A stretch of DNA of 60,175 nucleotides, from IMG/VR virus record IMGVR_UViG_3300044801_000195, positions 1 through 60,175 of that record. One strand, written 5' to 3'. This document shows positions 47,713-56,496 of this stretch, piece by piece; position 1 is the stretch's first letter, and every line of letters starts with the position of its first letter. A program made the position numbers and the translations under genes. The notes below the pieces were generated by a model, which saw nothing but the letters and a program-made list of their open reading frames with translations, made no database searches and was not told where the DNA came from. The stretch comes from a virus. Taxonomy: Duplodnaviria > Caudoviricetes.

Positions 47713-48078
47713 GTGTTCAGATTTTTTGGCGGAAGCCTCAGCCTAGACCCCGCGGCAGAGCGCCTGCTGGGCCGGCTCATTACCGCGCTCAATCGTAATT
47801 CCGATGTAGGAGAAAAGCTTATGACTGCCATCGACGATCTGACCGCGGCCGATACCGCTCTTGGTGCTGAAATCGCCGCCGTTCTGACCGGTTTGCAAAC
47901 GCTAGGCAACGAGATTGCCACGCTGGTGGCGGAGCTCGCCGCGGCCAACGCGGTCAACAACACTGCCGCTATCGCCGCGATCGCCGCCGATCTCACTGCA
48001 AAAACCGCGAACCTATCCGCCGGGCTCGCCACGGCGCTGGCCACGATTCCCGCGGCCTCCGCACCGGTCGCGGCGTAA
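47713..48078 (+). CDS. Ala-rich coiled-coil hypothetical protein
   Basis: MTAIDDLTAA...; lysis region. Confidence 0.6.
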   Translation: MFRFFGGSLSLDPAAERLLGRLITALNRNSDVGEKLMTAIDDLTAADTALGAEIAAVLTGLQTLGNEIATLVAELAAANAVNNTAAIAAIAADLTAKTANLSAGLATALATIPAASAPVAA

Positions 48079-48083
48079 GGACG

Positions 48084-48350
48084 GTGCCGGCCCGCGCCAC
48101 GGATGACGCCCCGGCTCCGATGTGGCGCTCCATGACCATTCAGGATTTATCGAAAGGATATATCCCGGTCTTATTGGCGATCTCGCTGGGGATCGGGCTC
48201 ACCATGGCGGGTATTGAAACCGGGATCTTCATCGAGAGCATGCGCGAGGATCATAGCGCGCTGCTCAGCCTCAAGGGACAAGTCGCCGAGATCAAAAAGA
48301 TGCTTGAGGGGCATGTACCCTGCATTTCAGGCAGTGTCGCGGGAAAATAA
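48084..48350 (+). CDS. Single-TM membrane protein (lysis region)
   Basis: Hydrophobic YIPVLLAISLGIGLTMAGI followed by a coiled coil. Confidence 0.55.
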   Translation: MPARATDDAPAPMWRSMTIQDLSKGYIPVLLAISLGIGLTMAGIETGIFIESMREDHSALLSLKGQVAEIKKMLEGHVPCISGSVAGK

Positions 48351-48378
48351 TTCCGCTCCCGCCGTAGACCCGAAAATA

Positions 48379-48419
48379 AAAAACCCCCGCTCCGGAATGA
48401 ACCGGAGCGGGGGTTTTTT
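48379..48419. terminator. Bidirectional rho-independent terminator ending the late operon
   Basis: aaaaacccccgctccgg-aatgaa-ccggagcgggggtttttt. Confidence 0.92.
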
Positions 48420-48791
48420 GATTCCTGCGGGCGAATGGACGGCGTGTCCGGAAGCAAGCGTTAATAAACCGGGATACCGTGGGATGCCATGTCTATCATT
48501 TGGACGCTCCGTCCAGCCGGGGCCGGATGGCATGAAGCATTGTCTAGCATTGTTTTGTAAACGTCCGAAATATTGTCCGAAGCGTCCACTTTATACGTCC
48601 GGTTTTACTTGGCTTTTCTACAGTATTCGCACACATCTGGATAGGCTCTCTCAGTATCCAGATCATGGCCGTATCCATCGGGACATCGCTTATTCGCAGT
48701 GTCCGGCCGTCGTGCTTCATGTTCATCGTCCAATCCTTTCCAGCGCTGAAATAAAAAAAAGACGCCCGCCGGTTTCCCGAGGGCGTCAGCG

Positions 48792-49898
48792 TTATGCCGC
48801 ACATTTTTGGCCCAAGCGAATGATGCGCTTGTTGCCGTGCTTGACAACTTCGAGCAGGCCCGTCTCTTCCCACTTCACCAGCCAGCCGGCCAGTGTCGAG
48901 TTCGGCACGCCGATCAATTCGGCGAGCTGCCGTCCCGAGGCGACGAGATGACCGTTGCCGTTCAGGATTAGAACGGCGATGCGATCCAGCGCTTCACGCT
49001 GCGAGCCCGGAAGCGATACGGTGCCGGCGGCATTCGTGCGGGGCTTGTCCGTGGCGGACTGCTTTTGCTCGCCGCGGCATTGTATCGCGCCGCCGATCAG
49101 ACTGGCCGCCTGGCCGCCTAAAAGGGAGACGAGCAGCGTTACCGCGATGCCGAGGCCGGTAAGGGTTAGGGCGATGTAGCGGGCCACGTCCGACGCGTCG
49201 GCGCCGAGTCGCCCCGCGATGACCGTCGCAACCATGGAAGCCTCGGCCGGGCCAGCCTTTGCCTCCGTCTTGGCGGCATTGACCTTGGCGTCGGCTTTCT
49301 CCGCGCGGGTGAGCGCTTCGGCTTTCGCCTTGGCCTGCCCAAGCCGCTGTGTGAGCGCGCCCAGATCGGTTTCGGCGGCGCGGCACGTTTTCATGCCCGC
49401 GCAGATAATGCCGCGATCTTGGGCGGCGGTTGTGAGCCCGGCGAGCCTTACGCTGGCTTGGGTCACGAGCTGGGCAAGCGCGTCGGCGCTGCTTGTCTCG
49501 CCGATGGCCGCCGCTTCCTTGCGAGCCGCCGCGGCATCGCCGCGGGCGGCCTGTGCATCAGCGAGCGCCGAAGTGTAAGCCGCCTGGCTGGACTGCGCCG
49601 CCAAAATCGCGGCGCCCTGCTTGGCGGAGTAGGCGTTCACCGCCGCCCAAACCGTGAGGGCAACGCAGATCCAGGTGAGGGCCTTTAAGTGGCGCGACCA
49701 GCCAAGGATCGCAGCCGCGATAGGGATCGCGACAACGGCGACGGCGGCGATGGCGAAGGCGGTGGCGAGTTCGACGTTCACGGTTTTGCCGTACTCCCAA
49801 TTGTTGAGGATATCGATGCGGACGGCTACGCCGGCCATCGCCGCCAGAGCGGCGCCGGTGCAGAGTTGCACCCGCCACCCGATAGGGGTATCGTTCAT
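48792..49898 (-). CDS. Membrane protein (about four TM segments, coiled coil) with C-terminal HTH
   Basis: Hydrophobic segments; Ala-rich coil; SGRQLAELIGVPNSTLAGWL..W. Confidence 0.75.
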   Translation of the reverse strand: MNDTPIGWRVQLCTGAALAAMAGVAVRIDILNNWEYGKTVNVELATAFAIAAVAVVAIPIAAAILGWSRHLKALTWICVALTVWAAVNAYSAKQGAAILAAQSSQAAYTSALADAQAARGDAAAARKEAAAIGETSSADALAQLVTQASVRLAGLTTAAQDRGIICAGMKTCRAAETDLGALTQRLGQAKAKAEALTRAEKADAKVNAAKTEAKAGPAEASMVATVIAGRLGADASDVARYIALTLTGLGIAVTLLVSLLGGQAASLIGGAIQCRGEQKQSATDKPRTNAAGTVSLPGSQREALDRIAVLILNGNGHLVASGRQLAELIGVPNSTLAGWLVKWEETGLLEVVKHGNKRIIRLGQKCAA

Positions 49899-50094
49899 GG
49901 TGTGATTTCCTTGTCACAGGGGTTGTCATGAGCCCGGCACCGCACTTTCAATGCGTGCCGGGCGTCTCTTTATGCAAAGGGACAAACGCAAATGGGACAG
50001 CATAGGCCGTCCACTTGCAATAACTTGCAGTTGCAAGATCAACTAAATACGTGTTATTGGTTGATGGTCAATTTTCGCCGGATTGATGCGAAAA

Positions 50095-50127
50095 AGCCCA
50101 GCCAGAGTGCTCTGTCTGGCTGGGCCG
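50095..50127 (-). terminator. Hairpin terminator downstream of 50133..50396
   Basis: gcccagccaga...tctggctgggc with an A-run on the + side (U-run on minus). Confidence 0.6.
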
Positions 50128-50132
50128 CATTT

Positions 50133-50396
50133 TCAGTGCTCTCTGTTCTTGATATCCCGCGCCACCTTGTCGAGATTGCGCTTGATCTGCTCTTGCTGCT
50201 TTCGTTGCGCTTCCTGCTGCTGGCGGGTTGTTTCCCCGCGTTGCCGTTCGAGCTCCTGCAATTTCTTGAGCTGTTCAGCAGCCTTCCGGGCCTGTTCGAG
50301 CAAGCGTTTTTGGTCCGCGTGGTCGATGCATATCAAGACCGCTTGCCGGGGCAAACGGGTAGCGATGCAGTAAGTCTGCATGTCCAGATCCTTCAA
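50133..50396 (-). CDS. Gln/Glu-rich coiled-coil hypothetical protein
   Basis: ORF followed by a terminator. Confidence 0.5.
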   Translation of the reverse strand: MKDLDMQTYCIATRLPRQAVLICIDHADQKRLLEQARKAAEQLKKLQELERQRGETTRQQQEAQRKQQEQIKRNLDKVARDIKNREH

Positions 50397-50550
50397 AGCT
50401 GTGGACGTTGCAGGTCTGGCGTGGTGTTAGCGCACCGCGTCAGGCCATCTCTTTCGGGTGAAAGGGACAAAAGAGGGCAGCGTGGGCTGCCCTTTGCAAT
50501 TTCAGGCTGCAATTTTTTCTCTAGTCGATTGCCATAATGGTGACTATCGT

Positions 50551-51285
50551 TTAACCTGATGTTTTGTGACGCTGCAACACCACGTAGACAGTTGCGATGC
50601 TGCGGCCCAACGTTGTCGCGATGGCTTTGGGCGATATCCCGGTCGCGCGCATTTTCAGGATGCGGTCGATATCGGCTGGAATCAAGTTGCGGCGGCGCGA
50701 TTTTCTGGGAGCCAATTTGCCGAATCGCCGGGCGGCGGAGAGCTGGAAGGCACTGACACCGATTGACCGGCATATTTCGGCATCGTTTAAATCAGTGGCC
50801 TGCAGGCACGCGGCGGCCCCTATGCACCAGGTGCGAGCGGGCCGGGAGTTTGTCGTTTTGCCGCGCCTATTTCTGGGCACGACCTGCAACGTGTGCTTGA
50901 TTATAATCTGCGATACGGATTGACGGGAAACCCCCAATAACGTGGCGACCTCAACAGGGCGCGATCCTAGATCTAGGAGGGATCGTATCCGGTCTACTTG
51001 GGTGCTGGCCACGATGCCCTTAGCCGTTTTCCAGCGGTCGGGCCAGACCGCCGGAGGTGTGGTTTCCAGGAGTTGAATTAACCACAGTACCTCCAGCGGT
51101 ACGTTCCGGCCCGACAACCAATCGTCAACCGAACTATGTCCTCGCTCAAAGGCGGCCTGCAATTTTTGGGCGAGGCCGTCCGGGCCGAACAGAACCCCGC
51201 AACGGGCGCGAAAGCGCGGAACGGCAACTCTGCGGACATCGCGCATAGCTGAGGAGCGGTTTCGCGGAGATTTTGGAGAATGCAT
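50551..51285 (-). CDS. Multi-HTH DNA-binding protein
   Basis: AAGGAG RBS; VATLLGVSRQSVSQ, ICRSIGVS and IATTLGRSIATVY motifs. Confidence 0.7.
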   Translation of the reverse strand: MHSPKSPRNRSSAMRDVRRVAVPRFRARCGVLFGPDGLAQKLQAAFERGHSSVDDWLSGRNVPLEVLWLIQLLETTPPAVWPDRWKTAKGIVASTQVDRIRSLLDLGSRPVEVATLLGVSRQSVSQIIIKHTLQVVPRNRRGKTTNSRPARTWCIGAAACLQATDLNDAEICRSIGVSAFQLSAARRFGKLAPRKSRRRNLIPADIDRILKMRATGISPKAIATTLGRSIATVYVVLQRHKTSG

Positions 51286-51375
51286 TGTCTGCTCTCCTTC
51301 ATGCCGTGAGATAAGCCTCACGCCGAAACCGCCAGTAGCGGCTTGGGGGTGAGGCCCAGTTAAGGGCCTCTAGGA

Positions 51376-51600
51376 TCAGCAACCTAGCCGGGTACGTACC
51401 CGTTGTTCCCACTCGGCAAGAGTGAGATCTTCATGCCACGTATTATTCATGGCGTCGCCGAGAGTATGTTCCGCCTGATCGCGAACATTTTCATCATGAG
51501 CCGCTTCGTATTCTGGAAGCAATTTGGCCTTGAGCATTTCGTATGCTTGTTCGTAAACGAGCTGGGTGGCGGTGTCGTGTTGCGTGTCCATCGTATTCAT
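51376..51600 (-). CDS. Hypothetical protein
   Basis: GGAG RBS before MNTMDTQ. Confidence 0.65.
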   Translation of the reverse strand: MNTMDTQHDTATQLVYEQAYEMLKAKLLPEYEAAHDENVRDQAEHTLGDAMNNTWHEDLTLAEWEQRVRTRLGC

Positions 51601-51623
51601 GTTGTTCTCCATTGAGATAGTCG

Positions 51624-51690
51624 AGCCATCTTCGGGCGGGGCGATACCCCGCGACCGTCGCCGGATGTTGGGTCCGGCTAGGTTTCGGCT
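51624..51690 (-). ncRNA. Variant type II hammerhead ribozyme
   Basis: AGCC-GAAA-CC[UA GCCGGA loop UCCGGC GAC]GG-UC-GCGGGG UAUCG CCCCGC-CCGAAGA-U-GGCU; core CCGAAGA instead of CUGANGA. Confidence 0.65.
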
Positions 51691-51893
51691 TAGTGGTTGT
51701 TGCCATCCGTCCACCAATCGTCATTCTCCCAGATCGACCGGAATGACGATGCGTCTGACGCTTTCTCGGCGATGCGCTTGATTTCGTCGCGCGAGATGTT
51801 GAAACCGCAGTGAGTTTCAACCGCAATCGCGAAACCAGCAGATGATTGGGTGTATTCAGCGTAGATATTTTCGAGTGTCATAGTGATATCCAT
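51690..51893 (-). CDS. Small acidic hypothetical protein between two hammerheads
   Basis: 67-aa ORF ending IWENDDWWTD. Confidence 0.65.
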   Translation of the reverse strand: MDITMTLENIYAEYTQSSAGFAIAVETHCGFNISRDEIKRIAEKASDASSFRSIWENDDWWTDGNNH

Positions 51894-51904
51894 TCGGTTG
51901 TTTC

Positions 51905-51955
51905 ACTGTTTCGCCGTTTCCGGCTCATCAGGCAGGGCGCGCACCCTGCGACAGT
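51905..51955 (-). ncRNA. Canonical type III hammerhead ribozyme
   Basis: ACUG-UC GCAGGG UGCGCG CCCUGC CUGAUGA GCCG GAAA CGGC GAAA CAGU: full core, three stems, GUC cleavage site (C at 51950). Confidence 0.95.
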
Positions 51956-52082
51956 ATTTGTTTTCCGGTGAGGCCGGTTGGCCTTCCATCGGAGCTCTAC
52001 CCTCCGATCCTCTCACCATGGGCTTCCCGGTCTGGTTTGTTGGCTCCTGCCACGCTCCCCTCGCCGCCCTGTCTGTAGGATT

Positions 52083-52111
52083 AATATACGTGTTCACAGT
52101 GATCACGTCAA
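52083..52111 (-). promoter_or_regulatory. Near-consensus sigma70 promoter with an overlapping palindromic operator
   Basis: TTGACG, 17 bp, TATATT; palindrome CGTGtTCACaGTGAtCACG at 52089-52107. Confidence 0.8.
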
Positions 52112-52131
52112 GAGAAATAAAAGGGTATTAT

Positions 52132-52359
52132 TCACTTTTTTGTGATAGAGCGAAGTTTCTGCGTTGCTGCATTCGGCCATAGTGTTGCAGCTATCGGGCG
52201 ATCCGCCGCTTCCGTCACTTTCATGAGCGCCCGCTCAATCAAGCGCCGGACCATCTCGGTGTTGTCCGGAACGTCATCTTCGTGCCGCCTCAGCTCATTG
52301 AGATCGGCGAAAAAGCGCTCGTCGACGCGCATCCGGAAGGATTGACGTTCTTTTTTCAT
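52132..52359 (-). CDS. Ribbon-helix-helix-like DNA-binding protein
   Basis: SFRMRVDERFFADLNELRR...P...EMVRRLIERA. Confidence 0.7.
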   Translation of the reverse strand: MKKERQSFRMRVDERFFADLNELRRHEDDVPDNTEMVRRLIERALMKVTEAADRPIAATLWPNAATQKLRSITKK

Positions 52360-52434
52360 GAATGCTTTTCCCACCCTATGAGCCCGAAACCAGAAATGCG
52401 ACAGAACCTGCGATAATTCATTTGGCCGTATATC

Positions 52435-52821
52435 ATGTGGACGCCCCCTTCTTGGTATTCGATACCGCAAGAATGTGGCAACAGTGGTCACAAGTCAAGT
52501 GGTTTTTACGCCTATTTGGAACAATCCCAGCGATACGATTTTTTCGCAAGCGGGCCGCAAGGCGATCTATTTGGGCCGCCGCCGCGCGTGAGTTATGCGC
52601 CGGACCCGGAGAAAGTCCGGCAGAGGATGCTTGCGATGCTTGGCCAGCTCCGCGGCGTGGAAGAGTGCCCCTGGAACAAGGACAGGCTAGGGCTGAACAA
52701 AGTGATCTTCCCGCAAATGGCGAATTGGCTGCCGGAGGAGGAAGCCGCCGAATTGCGGCGCGAGTTCTCAGCCGAGGTAGCGCGGCTGGAGGCGGCTGGG
52801 CGCGGGCTATGTTTCCCGTAA
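52435..52821 (+). CDS. Conserved alphaproteobacterial hypothetical protein (start uncertain)
   Basis: QGDLF...PDPEKVR...PW...FPQMANWLPEEEA..LR..F..E..RL. Confidence 0.6.
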   Translation: MWTPPSWYSIPQECGNSGHKSSGFYAYLEQSQRYDFFASGPQGDLFGPPPRVSYAPDPEKVRQRMLAMLGQLRGVEECPWNKDRLGLNKVIFPQMANWLPEEEAAELRREFSAEVARLEAAGRGLCFP

Positions 52822-53189
52822 AATTACCGCTTGACTGGCACAAAAAGCTTCCACCGAATCAAAGATTAAGCTAAGATGATTTTGAGAACTCAATCTGAGT
52901 CCAAAGGAGCGTGACATGGCCGCTCACGGATGAGTTCTCAAGGTTCCGCCGTCGTTAAGAGCGCTGCCCTCACACGGCAGAGGAGAGGGAAGTGGCGGTC
53001 CTTGTGCATCGCAATGGAGTGCTTTGCTAGCGCTCTGGATATGCAGTAGCTCAGAGGAATCTAATTTTAGACTAAGGTAAATGATGCAACCATTGCGCGA
53101 GCGCGTAGACTGTATAGAAAGTGGCGAAAATCGAATAGCAAGCCCCCACGGCCATGAGAAGTAAAGCAAGCTCAGATTTCATCCCTCAA

Positions 53190-53483
53190 TTATCCTTCAT
53201 CGTAGCCAAGAGAGGAGCGGGATGGCGCGGCGCCGCTTGTGATCACTTCGATCAGATCCGGATCGCTGATTAAGAGTGTCGCTGTCACGGTGCGAGTTTC
53301 CTGATCGTATCGTACCGATCCCTTTAGGATTTGGCATGGTCTGGGGAGGCCATCCGCGATGATTCTTGTGAGGGCATCGACATCATCGCTGCAATATCTG
53401 GGCGACTTGGAGCAAAACTCTGAGATCTGTTCCCTGACATATCGGAGCACGGCATCGTCATCCCTTATTGGGTCATCGGTCAT
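53190..53483 (-). CDS. Hypothetical protein
   Basis: MTDDPIRDD start after GAGGGG. Confidence 0.5.
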   Translation of the reverse strand: MTDDPIRDDDAVLRYVREQISEFCSKSPRYCSDDVDALTRIIADGLPRPCQILKGSVRYDQETRTVTATLLISDPDLIEVITSGAAPSRSSLGYDEG

Positions 53484-53586
53484 ACGATCCCCTCTTTCTT
53501 CAACGCGAGCCACAGGCGGGCGACAGCTTCTTTACTGCTGCGGCATTTTTGCAAGAAGAGCTGATCGTACCAGCGAGCATAGGAGG

Positions 53587-53952
53587 TCACGGTTTCTTCC
53601 ACAGCTCCGGGTGTTCGATCATAAGGTTTGCGACGGCTTCTTCTGGACTGTCGCCACTTCGCCTAAATGACCATCTTGTTAGTTCGTGATCGAATTCGGC
53701 GTTTTCATTCGTCACGTATCCGGCAAAAAATTCATCTTCCGTAATCTGCACGGTGAGGTCTCCAAGCTCGTCACAATCACGCGGTCTCCATTTGTGCCTG
53801 ACCGCCCTCACCATCGACCCGAGGTCATAAGGCCCTGGGTATCCGAGATCGTAGAGTTTGGATTGCCATTCATTAAGAGCTTTTGGAAAGTCATTAAATC
53901 GGTCACTTATCATTGTGGCTACGACCCCCATATTCACGCCTGCCCCGCTCAA
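53587..53952 (-). CDS. Hypothetical protein
   Basis: C-terminal GDSPEEAVANL.I motif; start uncertain. Confidence 0.55.
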   Translation of the reverse strand: MSGAGVNMGVVATMISDRFNDFPKALNEWQSKLYDLGYPGPYDLGSMVRAVRHKWRPRDCDELGDLTVQITEDEFFAGYVTNENAEFDHELTRWSFRRSGDSPEEAVANLMIEHPELWKKP

Positions 53953-53994
53953 AAATTTTCTTGGCCGAGCCCTACGCCCGAAGCGTAAACAAAG

Positions 53995-54236
53995 CGTTTC
54001 ATTCGCATACCGTTCGCCGTTTCGTTCGCCTTGGTTTCATTCGCAAGCTTAACTCATTGATTTTATTGGTCGGGGCGGCGTGATTCGAACACGCGACCCT
54101 CTGGTCCCAAACCAGAATGACGCCCCAAGCAGAATCCCGCCATTATTGATAATGCACATTAATTTACCCTGACTTTGCGCGGAATGGGATCACTTCACCC
54201 CCCTTTTGGAGCCGTTTCATTCGCATATCGTTCGCC
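53995..54236. mobile_element. attP region: tRNA core flanked by arm-type integrase repeats
   Basis: cgtttcattcgcata(c/t)cgttcgcc at 53995-54018 and 54213-54236; gtttc(g/a)ttcgc at 54019 and 54034. Confidence 0.8.
54067..54116 (-). tRNA. 3' half of tRNA-Pro(UGG), att core (not a complete tRNA)
   Basis: TCTGG-TTTGGGA-CCAGA anticodon arm, GCGTG-TTCGAAT-CACGC T arm, CCA end; D arm and 5' acceptor strand absent. Confidence 0.92.
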
Positions 54237-55384
54237 AAATTCCGTGACTTCGGCGCCACGGCGGAAGCGGCATTTTGCTGAAAGTCGGGACGATGATGTG
54301 CATAACTTTCGAGCTGCTGGACCGTCATGCCGAGATAACCGGCGGCTTCCCAGTTATCGACACCGGCCTGCATCAGCCAGGTCGCCGCGGTATGCCGGAA
54401 GCCATGCAGCACGAAATGCTGCTCCAGCGCGGCTTCCTTGCGGACGCCCGTCCAGCTCCGGCGCAGCTTTTTGATGGGCTCGCCGTTGTAATGAATCACC
54501 GATGAAATCCCAGCCGCAAGATCGGCGCGCCGCCAGCGCACTAGGTGAGGCAACAGCTTGCGGTGTATCCGGATTGGCGGCTGCCGCTTTTTGGTCTCCG
54601 CCTTGCTGGCACCCTTGCGGTACAAGATGCCCCGGCTGAGATCGATGTAACCGGTATCGGGCGAGCGCACCCAGCGCAGGCCCAGGATGGCGCCAGAGCG
54701 GGTGCCGGTATAGACGCCAATCAGAATGACACGCGCGACGTGCCGGGCCTCGGGACGCCGCCTCACGGCCCACAGAAGGGCGGCTACTTCCTCGACCGAC
54801 GCGCATACTTCGCGCGCCGGCATCGGCGATGGAACCGTGACTTTGGGCAGCACCTTCAGCGGCTTTTCGGCATGCCAGAACCGGATCGCGGCGCGCAGCG
54901 TGATAAGCTCATTGCGCGCGGCCGTTTTCATGGGCTTGCCGGGCACGGCTTGCGAAGTTCGGAAATCGACATATTCCTGACAGATGCTCGCGCGGATGTC
55001 GGTTGCCGGTTCGCCGTCCTCGACATAATAGACCAGCTTCTCTCCCCAGAACCGGACCAGCCGCTTGATTTCGCTTCTGGCCACTTCCGGCCGGCTGTGG
55101 TGCGGAACGCTATGGTCGAGATACCAATCGAGCACCTGAACTACCGCGACGCTGGCGCCCGCCTTGCCGGTTTTGGGAGCTTCCGGCCCGGCACCGGCGA
55201 GACAAGCGTTAAGCGCTGACTCCCCACCGCCGATGTAGGCGGCGAGCGCCTCCGCGGCGCGTTTAGTTTCGCCTTCAACGATGCCTGTATAGATTTTTGT
55301 GCCGCCGTCAAGGATGACCCAGACGGACTCTCTTCCCGGCCGGATTTCCAGCCAAAGCCGGGGCGGTTTTCTTTTCCTTGGCAT
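54164..55384 (-). CDS. int: Tyrosine integrase
   Basis: YTGTRSGAILGLRW, ETKKRQP, HGFRHTAATW, YLGM, YAHH. Confidence 0.95.
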   Translation of the reverse strand: MPRKRKPPRLWLEIRPGRESVWVILDGGTKIYTGIVEGETKRAAEALAAYIGGGESALNACLAGAGPEAPKTGKAGASVAVVQVLDWYLDHSVPHHSRPEVARSEIKRLVRFWGEKLVYYVEDGEPATDIRASICQEYVDFRTSQAVPGKPMKTAARNELITLRAAIRFWHAEKPLKVLPKVTVPSPMPAREVCASVEEVAALLWAVRRRPEARHVARVILIGVYTGTRSGAILGLRWVRSPDTGYIDLSRGILYRKGASKAETKKRQPPIRIHRKLLPHLVRWRRADLAAGISSVIHYNGEPIKKLRRSWTGVRKEAALEQHFVLHGFRHTAATWLMQAGVDNWEAAGYLGMTVQQLESYAHHRPDFQQNAASAVAPKSRNLANDMRMKRLQKGGEVIPFRAKSG

Positions 55385-55596
55385 AGCGTCACCATCTCGC
55401 GTATTGCATCGCCTGAGACAAGCTTCATGCCACCAATTTTAGTGATTGTTAACCTTTTTCTGCGCGCTTGGTCGAGTAAATCCCCAGGAACTATCCCGAA
55501 GCCAGGAAAGAAAACCTCGCAAGCCTGCTGCAACGTATAGAGATCGAGCGGAGACTTTTCCTGATGTTCTATATGCTGATCCGGCGCATTACTCAT
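55141..55596 (-). CDS. Excisionase-like HTH protein overlapping the integrase start
   Basis: YTLQQACEVFFP...L...ARRKRL.I.KIGG..LVS..AIREM; directly upstream of int. Confidence 0.7.
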   Translation of the reverse strand: MSNAPDQHIEHQEKSPLDLYTLQQACEVFFPGFGIVPGDLLDQARRKRLTITKIGGMKLVSGDAIREMVTLCQGKENRPGFGWKSGREESPSGSSLTAAQKSIQASLKAKLNAPRRRSPPTSAVGSQRLTLVSPVPGRKLPKPARRAPASR

Positions 55597-55652
55597 TGTG
55601 CTTCACTTATACTTGTTTAGGCGTTCCGTTCCATTCGCGGCCATCGATGGAT

Positions 55653-56270
55653 TTAATGGCCTTGCTTCTTAATCGCTTCCTGCACTTCTGGTGTAAGCCA
55701 TAGCTCGGCAAGCGCGATGCGAAGCGTCGGACCTTCACCGGTGCATTCCGCGGTGCGTGCCGGTGATGTACTGCCATGCGCAACCCAAGAGCAACGATTG
55801 ACGTTGCGATAGGTGCCGATCAAATAATCTCCAAGCGCCCCGATAAGTTGATCCGTGCTTGGGGCAAAGGCATAAGAACCGTCATCGCCACGAAGATACC
55901 GCCCTCCCAAGGCGTGGAGGTTGCCCAGAGTATGGCGAGGCTGCGGCCACCCGGCGTCCTTTAAGCGTTTCTCAAGTGCGTAGGGAAAGGTCATCGCTTC
56001 CGCGATTTTACAAAGCGCGGGGTTGCGATACTCGACAATCCACGCCACAATGTTCCTGAGCATCTCTCCGTCACCAGCATCGCCATCCATTCCAGCGCAA
56101 ACGGCTGAGCCATCGATGCACTCGATCAGCGCTTCCGTGGCGGCGAGCTGTGCTCGTGCTTCGTCGCATTCACGCTCTGCCGTGGCGAGCTTGTCTTGTA
56201 AGTTCTCCCAGGCGTGGTCATATCCGCTCAACTTCTCAATCCTCTGAATAGTCGTAGTTGTCAGGACCAC
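55653..56270 (-). CDS. Hypothetical protein
   Basis: Coiled-coil N-terminus; G.T...ALAELWL C-terminus. Confidence 0.55.
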   Translation of the reverse strand: MVLTTTTIQRIEKLSGYDHAWENLQDKLATAERECDEARAQLAATEALIECIDGSAVCAGMDGDAGDGEMLRNIVAWIVEYRNPALCKIAEAMTFPYALEKRLKDAGWPQPRHTLGNLHALGGRYLRGDDGSYAFAPSTDQLIGALGDYLIGTYRNVNRCSWVAHGSTSPARTAECTGEGPTLRIALAELWLTPEVQEAIKKQGH

Positions 56271-56496
56271 GCTCTACACCGCAATAATCGCAGATCCAGC
56301 CTTCTCCATGGTAATATTTAAACGAGTGCCCAGTCTCACCATCGTCGTGTTCGGCCTTTGAACAGCATTCTGGGCAAATAGTCTTGCTGTGATCATGTGG
56401 GTAGCAGATGACGTGCTCAACGCTTTTGCAGATGCGGCAGGATGGTGACATTCGAAGCTCTATGCGGCGGGCGAAGTTGGCGGTTGAGTCAGTCAT
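56236..56496 (-). CDS. Zinc-finger protein
   Basis: CRIC, CPECC, CDYC. Confidence 0.6.
   Translation of the reverse strand: MTDSTANFARRIELRMSPSCRICKSVEHVICYPHDHSKTICPECCSKAEHDDGETGHSFKYYHGEGWICDYCGVERGPDNYDYSED

Noticed and set aside
54067-54116. Functional tRNA gene
   Set aside because: The 5' acceptor strand and D arm are missing; better explained as the att core.
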